DNA of 63,692 bases, the filler included, from Octopus bimaculoides (taxonomy: Eukaryota), in the NCBI RefSeq assembly GCF_001194135.2. It is 4 parts of 4 records of this genome, joined end to end, with 100 filler letters (N's around TTAATTAATTAA, not from the genome) between each part and the next. Parts side by side here need not be neighbours in the genome. Positions count along the whole stretch, not along the records: positions 49,490 to 63,692 come from NC_068982.1; 3 more parts are not named here. The stretch is one strand, 5' to 3'. The position numbers were made by a program, and so were the translations under genes. Positions 52,186 to 63,692 of the stretch are shown one piece after another. Under the pieces are notes generated by a model. It saw only the letters and a list, made by a program, of their open reading frames with translations. It was not told where the DNA came from and ran no database searches. Position 1 is the stretch's first letter. Each line of letters opens with the position of its first letter.

Positions 52186-52390
52186 ATTGTCTGTGTTTGT
52201 CCCTCTTCCACCATCGCTTGATAACCGATGTTGGTGTGTTTACGTTTCCGTGATCTAGCGGTTCGGAAGAAAAGACCAATAGAATAAGTACCAGGCTTAC
52301 TAAGTATAAGTCCAGAGGTCGATTTCTTCGACTAAAAGGCGGTGCTCCAGTATGGCCGCAGTCAAATGACTGAAAAAAATAAAAGAAGAA
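51628..52390 (+). mobile_element. Nested SINE B: a second copy (about 51820-52107) inside the internal (TA)n of another copy
   Basis: Order: head1 - (TA)n - head2 + internal repeat + tail2 (10-N gap) - (TA)n(GT)n - tail1. Confidence 0.8.
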
Positions 52391-53657
52391 AAGAATATGT
52401 AAATTTATTTTTGAATGGACGAAACTAAAGTGCAAGCTTTCCTTGTATAGTGGTACCTGTAAATTAAAGAAAAATGCATAAATCACACCTTGATAATGCC
52501 TGTTGTACACTTCAATTGTAAACATCGTATCAAAGACTGTTTATTCAATTCTAGAAAGAAAATAACGATTAAAATCCGTGAACATGGAGTGTTTAACGGA
52601 CAACGCCATGCTTTTTGGAAACTATTTAACTCTAGTTTCAAGCGAGTGTGCTGAAATGATAGTTATAAGTAATGTTCAAACATTTTAAACACTCCACATT
52701 TGCATATTGTAGTGATGTGCGTTATATTGTTTAATATTGTATTATATTACATAGACATACCTGCTATTGTAAGTAAAAATGTAATAAGGCGAATTGCAGT
52801 GACATAAGAACATCGGATAAAATTACTTCCAGATGTTCTAAGTTTAAACCTACCAAAGTCAGTTTTACACTTTCATGATCGCTAAATAAAGAACGAATCC
52901 GTGTCAATGAATTGCAGAAAATGTTAGAGCATTAGACTAAAAGCCTTTGCATGATCTTTTTCAGCTATTTGAGTAGTCAATTCAGTTATAAGGTTATTGG
53001 AAAATGCTGGCATTGAGTCAAATATTAACATGAAACTACAGATGGAAGTCCACTGAAATCACAAAACTAAAGTGACCTGTGTTTGTAAGAGCCTTATGCA
53101 TTGGAAGTGAGTGGCAGAATTTCGTGTACACATACACACACATATCGATATTGTATATATATAACTAAATAACTACACAGACAGACAAACAGACAGGCAA
53201 ACACATACATACACACACACACAAGCACACAAACACATTTATATGGATTGATGTGCTTATGTGTGAGTGTGTGTGTGTGTGTATTCGTGGGTGACTGTAT
53301 TCAATTACCTGTTTTAATCGAAGTTGCTTTATCCTAGCTAATTTTGAGTCTTGCAGGCTAAATTAAGTTAATGCGTGAGACTTATATTTCTTCTGAGTAA
53401 TGTAATGAATGAATTCAATCGTGCTAAGCTACAAAAATGTTGAAGTAATACTTCCTAAATCTAAGATTTCATGCTCGATTTTCTACTTCCAATCTAAATT
53501 CTATATTTTGATTTCATAAAAGTTATTTAGAAAAACGAATACTACATATCAGAGTTACTAAGAAATTACACATTTCTGATAGTAGTAGGAATTTTAAAAA
53601 GCACCAAAGTAAAGAACAAAAATTGCTTGATAGCAAGATATTCTAAAAATGGCAGAC

Positions 53658-55030
53658 GCTTCTTTCTGTAAATGGCATGTCCAGAATGTAGAACATAAGA
53701 GATCATGTGCTGATACAATTCTCTGGTTTTGTTTTCTATTGCAGTTCCCCTTCCTGATGTTTATTGCTTCTTTCTTCCAACCAGTTCGTCAAGCTTTACA
53801 TCAGTATTATTCTTCTACTTCCTCCGTTTCTTTTCCCTTCCATCTTTCTGGTCATCGCTCAATTCTCTTGGCTCTCTTTCCTCATCACATAACCAAGGAA
53901 TCTCAATTGCTTGGCCATTATCCCACGAAGTAGTTACCTATTTGTTGCAGCCCGGTTATCACTTCTTCATTGGATACTTTGTCTCAATATTCTCCTTAAG
54001 AGCCACATTTCATAGCCCTCGAACCAAGTTTTCATTTCTAATGTTATAGACTATGCTTCACTTCCATATATATCAACAGAAAGTCGACACAGCAGTTCAA
54101 TATACAGATCTTGTTCTTGATGCTCAGAGCACGGTTTCTCAAGATGTTATACAATTGTGAAAATGCAGATTTTTCCAGCACTGTTCGGTTTTTGATCTAC
54201 TTCACACATCTTGCATCTCTGTGACCACAATTCTAAAGTAGTTGAAGGATGATACCTGATACCTGCTTAATTATTTGATTCTTCACTTTCAACATTCTCT
54301 TCTCTTTCTTCGTCCCCACCATACCCTGTCTTCTGACAAATTATGAACAGGCTCTTCATCTCACTTTCTACGATCACTACATTGAGAAATCTTTGAAGTT
54401 CATATTCTGATTCTGCAAGTAAGACTGTCATTAGCATATCTTACGTTTGTGATGTTTCTCCCTGTTACCCGAAGACCTTTTTTCTTCTGCAGTTCTCTTA
54501 TGATCGATTCGTTATAGTAATTGAAAAGATCATTCTTAACTCCTCTCCTAATGTTAAATTCAGATGTCTTTACCGTACAGCTCAAGGTAACTGAATCTTC
54601 AAATACGAAGGTCTTTCTATAATCTATGAAACACATGAAGTCGACTTTCTGCATCTCTACTGTCCATTCCGTTATCATTCTCAATACAAAATTAGCATTC
54701 TAAGTCTCAGCATCCTTTGCAAAGCGAAACTTCAATTCCAATCTCAGGTGTTATTTTGTTTCTTGCCTACAGAAGTAAAATTGTCAGAAAAATCTTTGTG
54801 ACGTGACTCATGCGACTAATCATATGATATTTTTCACAGTCCACCTTCTGATTTCTGCGGAGTGCAATGAAAATGGGTTTGCTCAGATCTTTTGAAACTT
54901 TTCATTATCATAGCTCTTGTTTATTACATTTATTAGTTTTCTAACTCCATATTCCTCTAATATATTTATCATCTCAATGACAAGTTCGTGTGTCCCAGCA
55001 TTTTTGCGGAATCATGACAGAAGTATTGTA
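53658..55030 (-). mobile_element. RTE-clade LINE, decayed RT to 3' end
   Basis: ISRMSHVTKIFLTIL; MCFIDYRKTF; GRNITNVRYAND; AESEYELQRFLNVV; GYEMWLLRRIL; QLRFLGYVMRKE; 3' end ggacatgccatttacagaaagaag. Confidence 0.85.
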
Positions 55031-55844
55031 TGCGGTCATTTTCCCCGTCGACTATCTATAGGTAGACAACTTTTATTATATGAATTGCAGACAACTTTTC
55101 AGCTGGCTATGAGGTATTACAAGGTTGTTTTCGATCATGTAACCAAGGTTGTTTTCGATCATGTAATCAAATAAATTCAGTTACAAGGATAATATTTGAA
55201 GGAATAGTTAATATCTGTGTTTTCTTTTCTGTGCTTCTTGTTCCAATTTTATATTTTATAATGCGATTCTCTTTAAGATGCTTGGACACAATGAGTATAA
55301 ATTTTTCTAAATAATAGCCTATTAAATGCATTTCCTCAACATTCTACTTAGATATTGCCCTCTCGTTCTGTTCAGATTTAAGACTGTCTTTCTATCTTAA
55401 CTTCGGTCTCTGAGGAGCTCTTTTCCCTAAAGATAGTTCCTTCAACTTCCATAGACACTATACAGCCTAACTTTCTTAGTCTGCTATGTTGCAAAATAAG
55501 CATACAATATTAGATATATATGCATATAGAAATCATGAATGTTAGTCAGGAAATTTCACTACTTTATATAATATTTCATTTTTGTATGCCTACTTATTAT
55601 GAAACATTTTTTAACGAATGCGTCGTTTAGCAACAATGTTGTGACAAAGGGTTGTGGAAATGATGAAAAGACATTGGCAAGATCACATGTAAGATGTCAA
55701 AGTAATTGTAGAACAGTCAGCATTCTATTGGAAGGAATGTAATTGTTTCGTTTGTAAGTAGAAATACAAGGCAAATTCTCCTTCGGTGTGCAAGTAACAA
55801 AAACGGAGAGTGAACGTGAGAGGAAAAAGAATTATACAAATTTA

Positions 55845-55880
55845 AGCAAAGAAAAAGAAAAGATAAGAGAGAAAATATAC

Positions 55881-55915
<35 letters not shown>

Positions 55916-56090
55916 AAGAGGGAGAGGAGAGGGAAGGAGAGAGAGACGCATAAAAGGAGAGTTAGATCCAGATAGAAATATAAAAAGACGGAACAAGAGA
56001 TATACAGAAATATATGATGCAAAGAAAAAAGCCACAGAGAAGAGGAAAGAATAGAGAAAAGAAAAGAAAAGAAATTAAGAGAGAGAAAAA
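55845..56090. repeat. (GA)n/purine-rich tract
   Basis: Direct reading. Confidence 0.9.
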
Positions 56091-56704
56091 GAATATCTTC
56101 TAGATTAGAGTGTTAGTATTTATTTTTACTTGTCACTTCCGCAGTGAGGAGATTGTAAATAAATTATATATGCATGCATATGATATATATATACATATAT
56201 ATATATATATATGTAGGTTCATTATGCTTTCCTTTAATTTAAACTTTTAGTATAGCGTTCATACCCTCTATCCCTTAACAGCTCCTTGTAAACTAGCGTT
56301 CTTGTTTCTAACGGTCATTTACTTAGCTATATAATGTTATAACTCGTACACAACCTTAGCATTTAGCACATGTCTTGCTTTTGTATGTTGGTTCCCTGAC
56401 GATGAATTTATGTGCACTTCCAGCACCTCTTACTTCTTTGGAGTAGAGTGCACATATATTTTGAAACATATGTAGGAATGAAAGGAACTTATTGATTATA
56501 CGCGTTTTGTTCCATTTATTATTTTTCTTCATGTATATATATATATANNNNNNNNNNNNNNNNNNNNNNNNNNNNNNNNNNNNNNNNNNNNNNNNNNNNN
56601 NNNNNNNNNNNNNNNNNNNNNNNNNNNNNNNNNNNNNNNNNNNNNNNNNNNNNNNNNNNNNNNNNNNNNNNNNNNNNNNNNNNNNNNNNNNNNNNNNNNN
56701 NNNN

Positions 56705-56735
<31 letters not shown>

Positions 56736-57718
56736 CATATAGACTTATGTATATGCTTTAAAGTTGTTCTTTGTGTCATCCTTTGCACAACCATTCGTTC
56801 AGGGGTTGAAGATTTTCTTGTCTCAGATTCTGTAGCTCACAAATTATTATATACTGTATAAACTGTGATATTCTGTCCTTTCTTAAAAGAACCTAGGTTT
56901 TCGATTTAGGTTTCATATTTTACATATCCTCTTAGTCAAATGATAGTGGGTATAAAGTTGTAAGCACGTTTTAGGTATTATATTTAAATTTGCATACGTT
57001 GTTTCTAGATACTTTATCCTGTATTTTTTAAGTGAAAGCTGACTTCTACAAATTAACATATTTTAATCTGTCGCCCCCGAAACAAATATTAGATAGGTTA
57101 TTTAATTTTTTTTTTTAATTTGGTTGTTGTTTTTTTTTAGTTTTGTATTCAACAGTATCTTTTTGTTTTATCGGTTTCGTTCGTATTCGTTATTTCGCTC
57201 TGGCTACAATGTACTTCAATTGACAATGTTAAGTTAATGACTAGTTTTGGGTCCTGAATACATTGCTTTTGTTAAAAAAAGATGCTTTTTAAAATCTTTT
57301 TCGTTGAAGATTGTTACCATGAATATATCGTTGATAGTGAAATGTTATAAACACCAGTTCTCCATAGACGGCTTTAGTGTTGTTTATTCCCCACCTGGTT
57401 AGTGTTTTTAATTTCAAGTAGTATATAAAAGCTGACCTGTACTTTGTTGTTACTATGATTCTTAAGATTTACCAATGTTCATTCGAGAGAGATTAGTAAC
57501 GCTTTGTGTTCCATGTTTGTCTTCAAACTTTTATAAAACTTATAACTGCTGTGTATGTAAACGTTAGAAACTTTTTTGTCTGCAGTAGATGTTGCTTCAG
57601 TGTTACAATACTGTCTGTATGTATTAGTACAGATAGAAAGCACTACCTGCCTCCACAGCATGGGAAGTATAATCCATCTAAATACCCAAAAATGACGACA
57701 AATTTAATAATTTCCAAG

Positions 57719-57752
<34 letters not shown>

Positions 57753-59508
57753 NNNNNNNNNNNNNNNNNNNNNNNNNNNNNNNNNNNNNNNNNNNNNNNN
57801 NNNNNNNNNNNNNNNNNNNNNNNNNNNNNNNNNNNNNNNNNNNNNNNNNNNNNNNNNNNNNNNNNNNNNNNNNNNNNNNNNNNNNNATATACATATATAT
57901 ATACATCACTGAATAGTTGCGGTGGCAGGTCTGAAGGAAAGAGAAAAGTTAAGTCAGTAACTGCAAGCGTCTTGGGATCAATATGCATCTCGTGTGCTGA
58001 AAGAGGTGATGGACGTATAATATTTTACCCATGCAAAGTCCCCATTTGAATGTATGTATGTATGTATGTATGTATGTATGCATGCATGCATGTATGTATA
58101 TATGTAGGTACACTTGTATGCATTTATGAGCATACTTGTATATGTATGTTTGTTGCTTTCCTTGAAATACATTTAGATGTTTAAGCCATTCACTGACAAA
58201 ATAATAAGTTGAGTCAACAGAATTCCAAAGATATACATACATACTTACATACATATATTATTTAAAATTTTTTATATGGTTTCATACATATTTATATATG
58301 AATTTGTATAGTTATTTTGTAAACATTTGTGTATGTGAATGTCCAGTTGTATACATTTAATGAGTTTACATATTTTTTTAGTAGTCGAGCGTGCGCTTGC
58401 TGTTTTCTGTATTTGGGTGTGCAGTATATATATGCTGCTGATGAGCATACGTTTCTTTCTTAGAGACTCCAATGCAGAATCTTTAGAATGATTTATAAAT
58501 CTTCACTGAATGACTAATTGACTGGATATTGTAGATACAAGCCATTTTGTTTTATCCAGTCTTTTGAGTAAATCAGTTGTTATGATGCTCAGCTGCACTT
58601 GTGATAAAGTAAATAGAAGACTTTATAATCAGAGTATAAGATCTGTTGATTTCACTGTGCTTGTTCACCATATAATTTTGCTTTTCCATAATTTTGGACG
58701 ACACAGTCACTTCCGTCGTAAGGTTGTCTTTGCCTCGATTTACGAATTTTGTTAGTTAACTCACAGAGGAACATCAAGTCTGTTGCACCAGGTTATTTTA
58801 AATGGAATGATTTTCTATCACTATTATTCCCTATTTATAAAGTTGCGGGTACATTCTGGTTTGGTATGATTTTAGTGTGGCTACCCTTCTCGTGGACACC
58901 ATTGTGAACAGTTCTGAGAATAACATCATATGCCCTTGATAGGAAATAAATGATATTTTTAATAATTGCTGATTGTATAGATATAAATATACTTCACGAT
59001 GTCGTGCAGCTACTGTTTATACATCACTCAGAGATTTATTGTTGCTTGTTTCCACTTTCTCGAGATCAGTGATTTTTCATCACTAGAAAAGTATATATAT
59101 ATTAGCATTGAGAATCATTCCCCATCACCAACCAGTGGTTGTCACACCCCGATGAAGGGTCAATACTCAGAAACTCGGGTTCGTGTGTATCACGTCAGGC
59201 TGGAGATGGGAACGATGACTTCCCTTTGCAAATACTGATAGGGCACGGATAGTGTGTCAATAGCCAGCTGGAAGAGATGTCTTCCTGGGGCTACAAGCTA
59301 CAGTAGCATCAACCCTTAAGGGTTAGCCACATTTAGTGGCAAATATACATCACCATATATATATATATATATANNNNNNNNNNNNNNNNNNNNNNNNNNN
59401 NNNNNNNNNNNNNNNNNNNNNNNNNNNNNNNNNNNNNNNNNNNNNNNNNNNNNNNNNNNNNNNNNNNNNNNNNNNNNNNNNNNNNNNNNNNNNNNNNNNN
59501 NNTATATA

Positions 59509-60195
59509 TGCCTGGGCAGCGTTCACATACTATTTTGCTTCTTGGACGAGAAAATATTTTAAAGGTTTCTGAAGGTAACCGATTCCTTTAGGGCTCTTGA
59601 GTATCGTGTCTGATCCAAGCATGGCACCACAAAAGGGGGGGGGAATCAAAAGTTGTGTACTGTGCGTGTGTTCTGATGTTGATCTTTTACTCATGTGAGA
59701 TAGGAACCCTTTACAGGCATCGTGCATTGTCCTTGAACGCGTCCATCAGAAGCACCAACTACACTAGACTGGACATTTTGTTCGGAGTAATGATCAAAAG
59801 ATCCTCGAGCAGATGCTACATGGTCAAATTTTTTATTGATAACGCCTCCAGCAGAAAGTAAGACTACGGTTTAGTCCTCGTTGAAGGCATGTGAGGTATG
59901 AAAGATCAATTGGGAAACAATACATGTCATCGCCATCAATGGAGGAAACATGTAACGGAATGCATGGGTATTTTTGAAGAAACACACATTTTGCTTGCTG
60001 CACTTAAGCGAGCTGCATGGCAACTCACTGCTAATGTATTTCATGAGTAAAGTTTGTGGGTGTCTGTATCTATCAAGTGCTGGGTTCATTAGTTCCCAGC
60101 GGATCTCCAAGTACAACGTATAGTTTCGTCTGAGTGCACAGGGTTCTTAGTGGTGAGTGATGGTCTTCCCCGGTCCAGAGTAGACAGGAATCATA
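59509..60195 (+). mobile_element. RTE-clade LINE 3' fragment with C-terminal Zn-finger remnant
   Basis: LGSV..LDEKI; VYCACVLMLIFYSCEIGTLYRH; KHQLH*TGHFVRSNDQKILEQMLHG; HQWRKHV; ALKRAA; CGCLYLSSAGFIS. Begins after (TA)n and ends in (CA)/(TA). Confidence 0.78.
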
Positions 60196-60207
60196 CACAC
60201 ACACGCG

Positions 60208-60241
<34 letters not shown>

Positions 60242-60519
60242 NNNNNNNNNNNNNNNNNNNNNNNNNNNNNNNNNNNNNNNNNNNNNNNNNNNNNNNNNNN
60301 NNNNNNNNNNNNNNNNNNNNNNNNNNNNNNNNNNNNNNNNNNNNNNNNNNNNNNNNNNNNNNNNNNNNNNNNNNNNNNNNNNNNNNNNNNNNNNNNNNNN
60401 NNNNNNNNNNNNNNNNNNNNNNNNNNNNNNNNNNNNNNNNNNNNNNNNNNNNNNNNNNNNNNNNNNNNNNNNNNNNNNNNNNTATATTTACATACATATA
60501 GATATCACTCATGGTGCTA

Positions 60520-61420
60520 TTTGATTTACGATGAGCTATGCCTAACGATAACTACAGTCGTCTCACACTGTGTCCAACGAATCCTCTTATCCGACTCCAC
60601 CTTTCGCAAACCGGGTCCCATATTTTACTCAAATAATTCCTTTCCTGTATAGTATATTCAGCTTGCTGACTTTCTCAGTTTTTCCACTGTAGATCCTGAA
60701 ATTTTATAAAGAGCTTAGCATACCTTGTTTTCATACTCTTTATATCTTCCTTTATCATTAGCAACACGCTACAGAACCCTCAGTTTCTTCCGAGTACTAT
60801 CTGATACACCAGCTTCCTGTCGAGAAGAGGTGTTTGCTGTAGCATTTATTGTTCCGCTGTGGATTGAGTGCAGGGATGATTTGCTACGTGTTTTACGATC
60901 AGATGATCCACATTGCTCTGTGTTCTTCTTACAAGTCTTTCCATAATATATTTTGAAGCCTCTCTCGGTTGCAAAAGTCCTACAGCACAGTTTGCATCCA
61001 AAGTTGTTCGCACTTCCTTCTCTGATCGAAGGAATAGCCATATTTATGCACAAGGTCATTTCTTTGTTAATTGGGTTTGATTCATTCTCGACTCAGTTAA
61101 TCATGGGGCTGTCATTCTCATTGGTAGTTGTTACAATATGTTACAGAGGTGAGGATTGTAAGTGCGCAGCCTCTGCCAATCTTTCCTGGCGTCAGTAGTC
61201 TTTCCCATTCTCAGCTCATCTTTCTGATCAGTCCTCTGGTCTTTCCAAGATGCCTAACTGTCTTTATGGTATGTCAGTGGTTACCTACCACAAGGTCCGA
61301 GATGTTTTGCAAACAACTTGCACATGCAACTGCTACCAGTCGAAAGCTCTGCATACCAGAAGCCAACAAGTGTATGGGCTCATCTCGGAATGGGGCCGTG
61401 CTTGCTAAATAAACTGGTTA
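60520..61420 (-). mobile_element. HERO/NeSL/R2-like LINE 5' end with a decayed N-terminal C2H2-like zinc finger
   Basis: CKLCCRTFATERGFKIYYGKTC (60929-60997), then a S/T-rich linker and YKEYENKVC..STVEKL..IYYTGKELF, resembling recalled HERO N-termini. Confidence 0.55.
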
Positions 61421-61669
61421 TCAGATATAGCTCAATATTCTTCTAGCCATCGATCAACGTCTCTTTTTAATCAAATCCAGCGACTTAGCTTTTCTACTGT
61501 AGTTTAGATGTCACTCATAAATTTAAATTATTTGCCGTACATTTTTATAGATAATATTTAGCATAAATTCGCATACTCTGCTTCTAAATGATCATCACTA
61601 TTAGGTTTTGGGTTGTGATTATAAGCATCATTATCTTCATTATCCTATTAGAAGTTTTTCCTATTCTTA

Positions 61670-61759
61670 CATACATACATACATATACATGCATGCATGG
61701 ACGCACACGCACACACACACACGCACGCACGCACGCACGCACTTACGCACGCACTTACG

Positions 61760-61855
<96 letters not shown>
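61670..61855. repeat. (ATAC)/(GCAC)/(CA)n compound microsatellite
   Basis: Direct reading. Confidence 0.95.
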
Positions 61856-63527
61856 CATGCATGAATTTTTCAAAAATATTTTCCAAATTACTAGTTATAA
61901 TTATTTCTTCAAGAATACACTTTTAAGTATATACTGTTCACATTTCATGCTGAATCTATAGAAAAGTAGATTTAATATTTCCTTCATAGTTTAAGGTTTT
62001 CTCTTCTAATCATTCTATTACCATATAATAACGATCGCGAATCACTGTAAAATTCTCCTATTTTCGTAGTTTCGTTTTCATTCTGATATTCGTAGGTGCA
62101 TGTTTTTACGCTTCGTTAAATGTTTCCAAATTCAATCCAGGTGTGCATTGATCAAGTGATTGCTATTGTAAATTCTGGTTGACTAATGTCTTGCGAACAG
62201 TGGTTTGTAAATGGGAGTTGTGAATGTTTTCAGAACCTTTTTAATCTCCTTCGTTATCATGGGAGCTTAGAACATGAAAAAAGTTTGAAAGAACTTTAGA
62301 TTTTTGCTTCTAACAAGGTAAATAACTCCTCCACAGGGAAAAAAAGAGTTATTTTTCCTTAATTGTTATACTTGAAGTCGTTAAAAAAGTTGTTTTATAA
62401 TGAGGGGAACAAAATAGTAATTTTTGATTAAGGTAGATTTACCTCTGTAAAAAGGGAAACTATAACAGCGGCGAAGGGGAAGATTTGGTGTTTTAACTAA
62501 ACGACTCGAATAAAGTAGGGGACTGACAGAAGAGGGAAAATTTGAAAAGAGGAAAGCAAATAATATTTGCGGGGTAACAAAACCAAATGCATATGCATAT
62601 ATGTATTTCTAGTTGTGTGAAGTTGGTGTTTGACAAAGACGCAATTGATGCTTTTCTTCAAAATGTTTGTGTATACCTAATATCTCCCTTTCCCTGTTTA
62701 ACATAACTTTTTATTTATGAATGCTTTCGAATTCTTCTCTGCTGTGCACAAATCACAACTTCGAATTCCATTTTCATGAGAGTTGGATCATTCTGAAAAT
62801 TTTTTCTGAGATTCTGAAATTTGAAGAAAATTCCGGACGTTTTCAGCTGACTCGCAGTATTCTTTTTCATTTTGGTGTTTAAGGAAAGATTCTGGTTATT
62901 GAACTGGTGAATTTTTTGAATACAGAAGACTGGAAATGATTATGTGTAAATAGGCATTACTCTTCTAAGAACGAGGGTATGGTATCCGTCATTAGTTATT
63001 TTTGTCGCGAACCTTGCTGATCAGGAGTCAGCCATGTTTAAATATCATTCCAAAGCCTCGTTTTCGACTGGCTGGTGAGATGATGGAAATAACTGTGATT
63101 AGTAATAATAACAGTAATTATTACCACAATATAACTGTAAAATCTTCGTTAAAAATTTCTTTTTCTCATACTATTCAAGTGTTTCTCCACTTCTATTAGA
63201 TTGGGTTCGTTAGGTGACTTCTGTATTCTAAATAATTGTTTATGCATTGCAGGATTTTCTTCAGGATTTTCCACTCAAATTAATTACCTATTTTATTTTC
63301 TAGCGAAATTAATATTATAGATAAATGAAATATCTGAGACCCATTGATAGTAAATTATTCACCAGAACCTGGGCTTTTTCTTGAAATATTATTTAAATGT
63401 AATTTCTTTGTCGATACCATGTGGAGATAAACTGGGCCTGAAGGTCATGGCTGTAAAGCCAGTGGTAGCACATCTGATTAAATTTTTACTATAGTTTTAT
63501 AAAGTGTAGTTTATAAAGATAGATACA

Positions 63528-63551
63528 AAAGTATCTATCTATCTATCTTTA

Positions 63552-63620
<69 letters not shown>

Positions 63621-63625
63621 GTCTA
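63528..63625. repeat. (TATC)n microsatellite
   Basis: Direct reading. Confidence 0.97.
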
Positions 63626-63692
63626 GTTCGCGTCAATGGGCATCTATCAAGACCCTTCGACATTGCACGTTCGGTCCGTCAGGGATGCCCCC
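63626..63692 (+). mobile_element. Tx1/L1-like RT fragment, 5'-truncated, running off the window end
   Basis: Open frame VRVNGHLSRPFDIARSVRQGCP, the RT motif preceding LSP; starts immediately after (TATC)n. Confidence 0.8.

Noticed and set aside
55120-55166. 24-bp tandem duplication
   Set aside because: Two copies only; ordinary slippage. No CRISPR-like repeat-spacer array exists in the window.

Overview
AT-rich, repeat-dense eukaryotic DNA from a gapped draft assembly, with many N-runs and long TA/CA/TAA/ATAC microsatellites. The tRNA-derived SINE families resemble those I recall from Octopus, so a coleoid cephalopod is likely (inference, no database check). I find no intact protein-coding gene; almost all ORF-track entries are microsatellite translations or decayed retroelement pieces. 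Recognisable content: (1) decayed non-LTR retrotransposons of several clades - R4/Dong-like RT + CCHC + restriction-like endonuclease (RLE), a second RLE family, HERO/NeSL-like, RTE, Tx1/L1-like and very old CR1/L2-like; (2) three tRNA-derived SINE families, here called A, B and C; (3) a mariner-derived MITE. Best leads: (a) an RTE/R4 chimera joined at about 5808, within roughly one codon of the homologous RT-thumb position; (b) apparent partitioning of microsatellite targets among retroelement families (R4/Dong in TAA, RLE family 2 in ATAC, Tx1 in TATC, SINE B in TA); (c) a ~540-bp non-coding element bracketed by TAA arrays; (d) a possible ORF1-only, half-L1-like element; (e) several short-spaced inverted SINE pairs that could form dsRNA; (f) all eight long TAA arrays in the same orientation. 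All family names come from hand translation and recalled motifs. Boundaries are approximate (about 10-30 bp).
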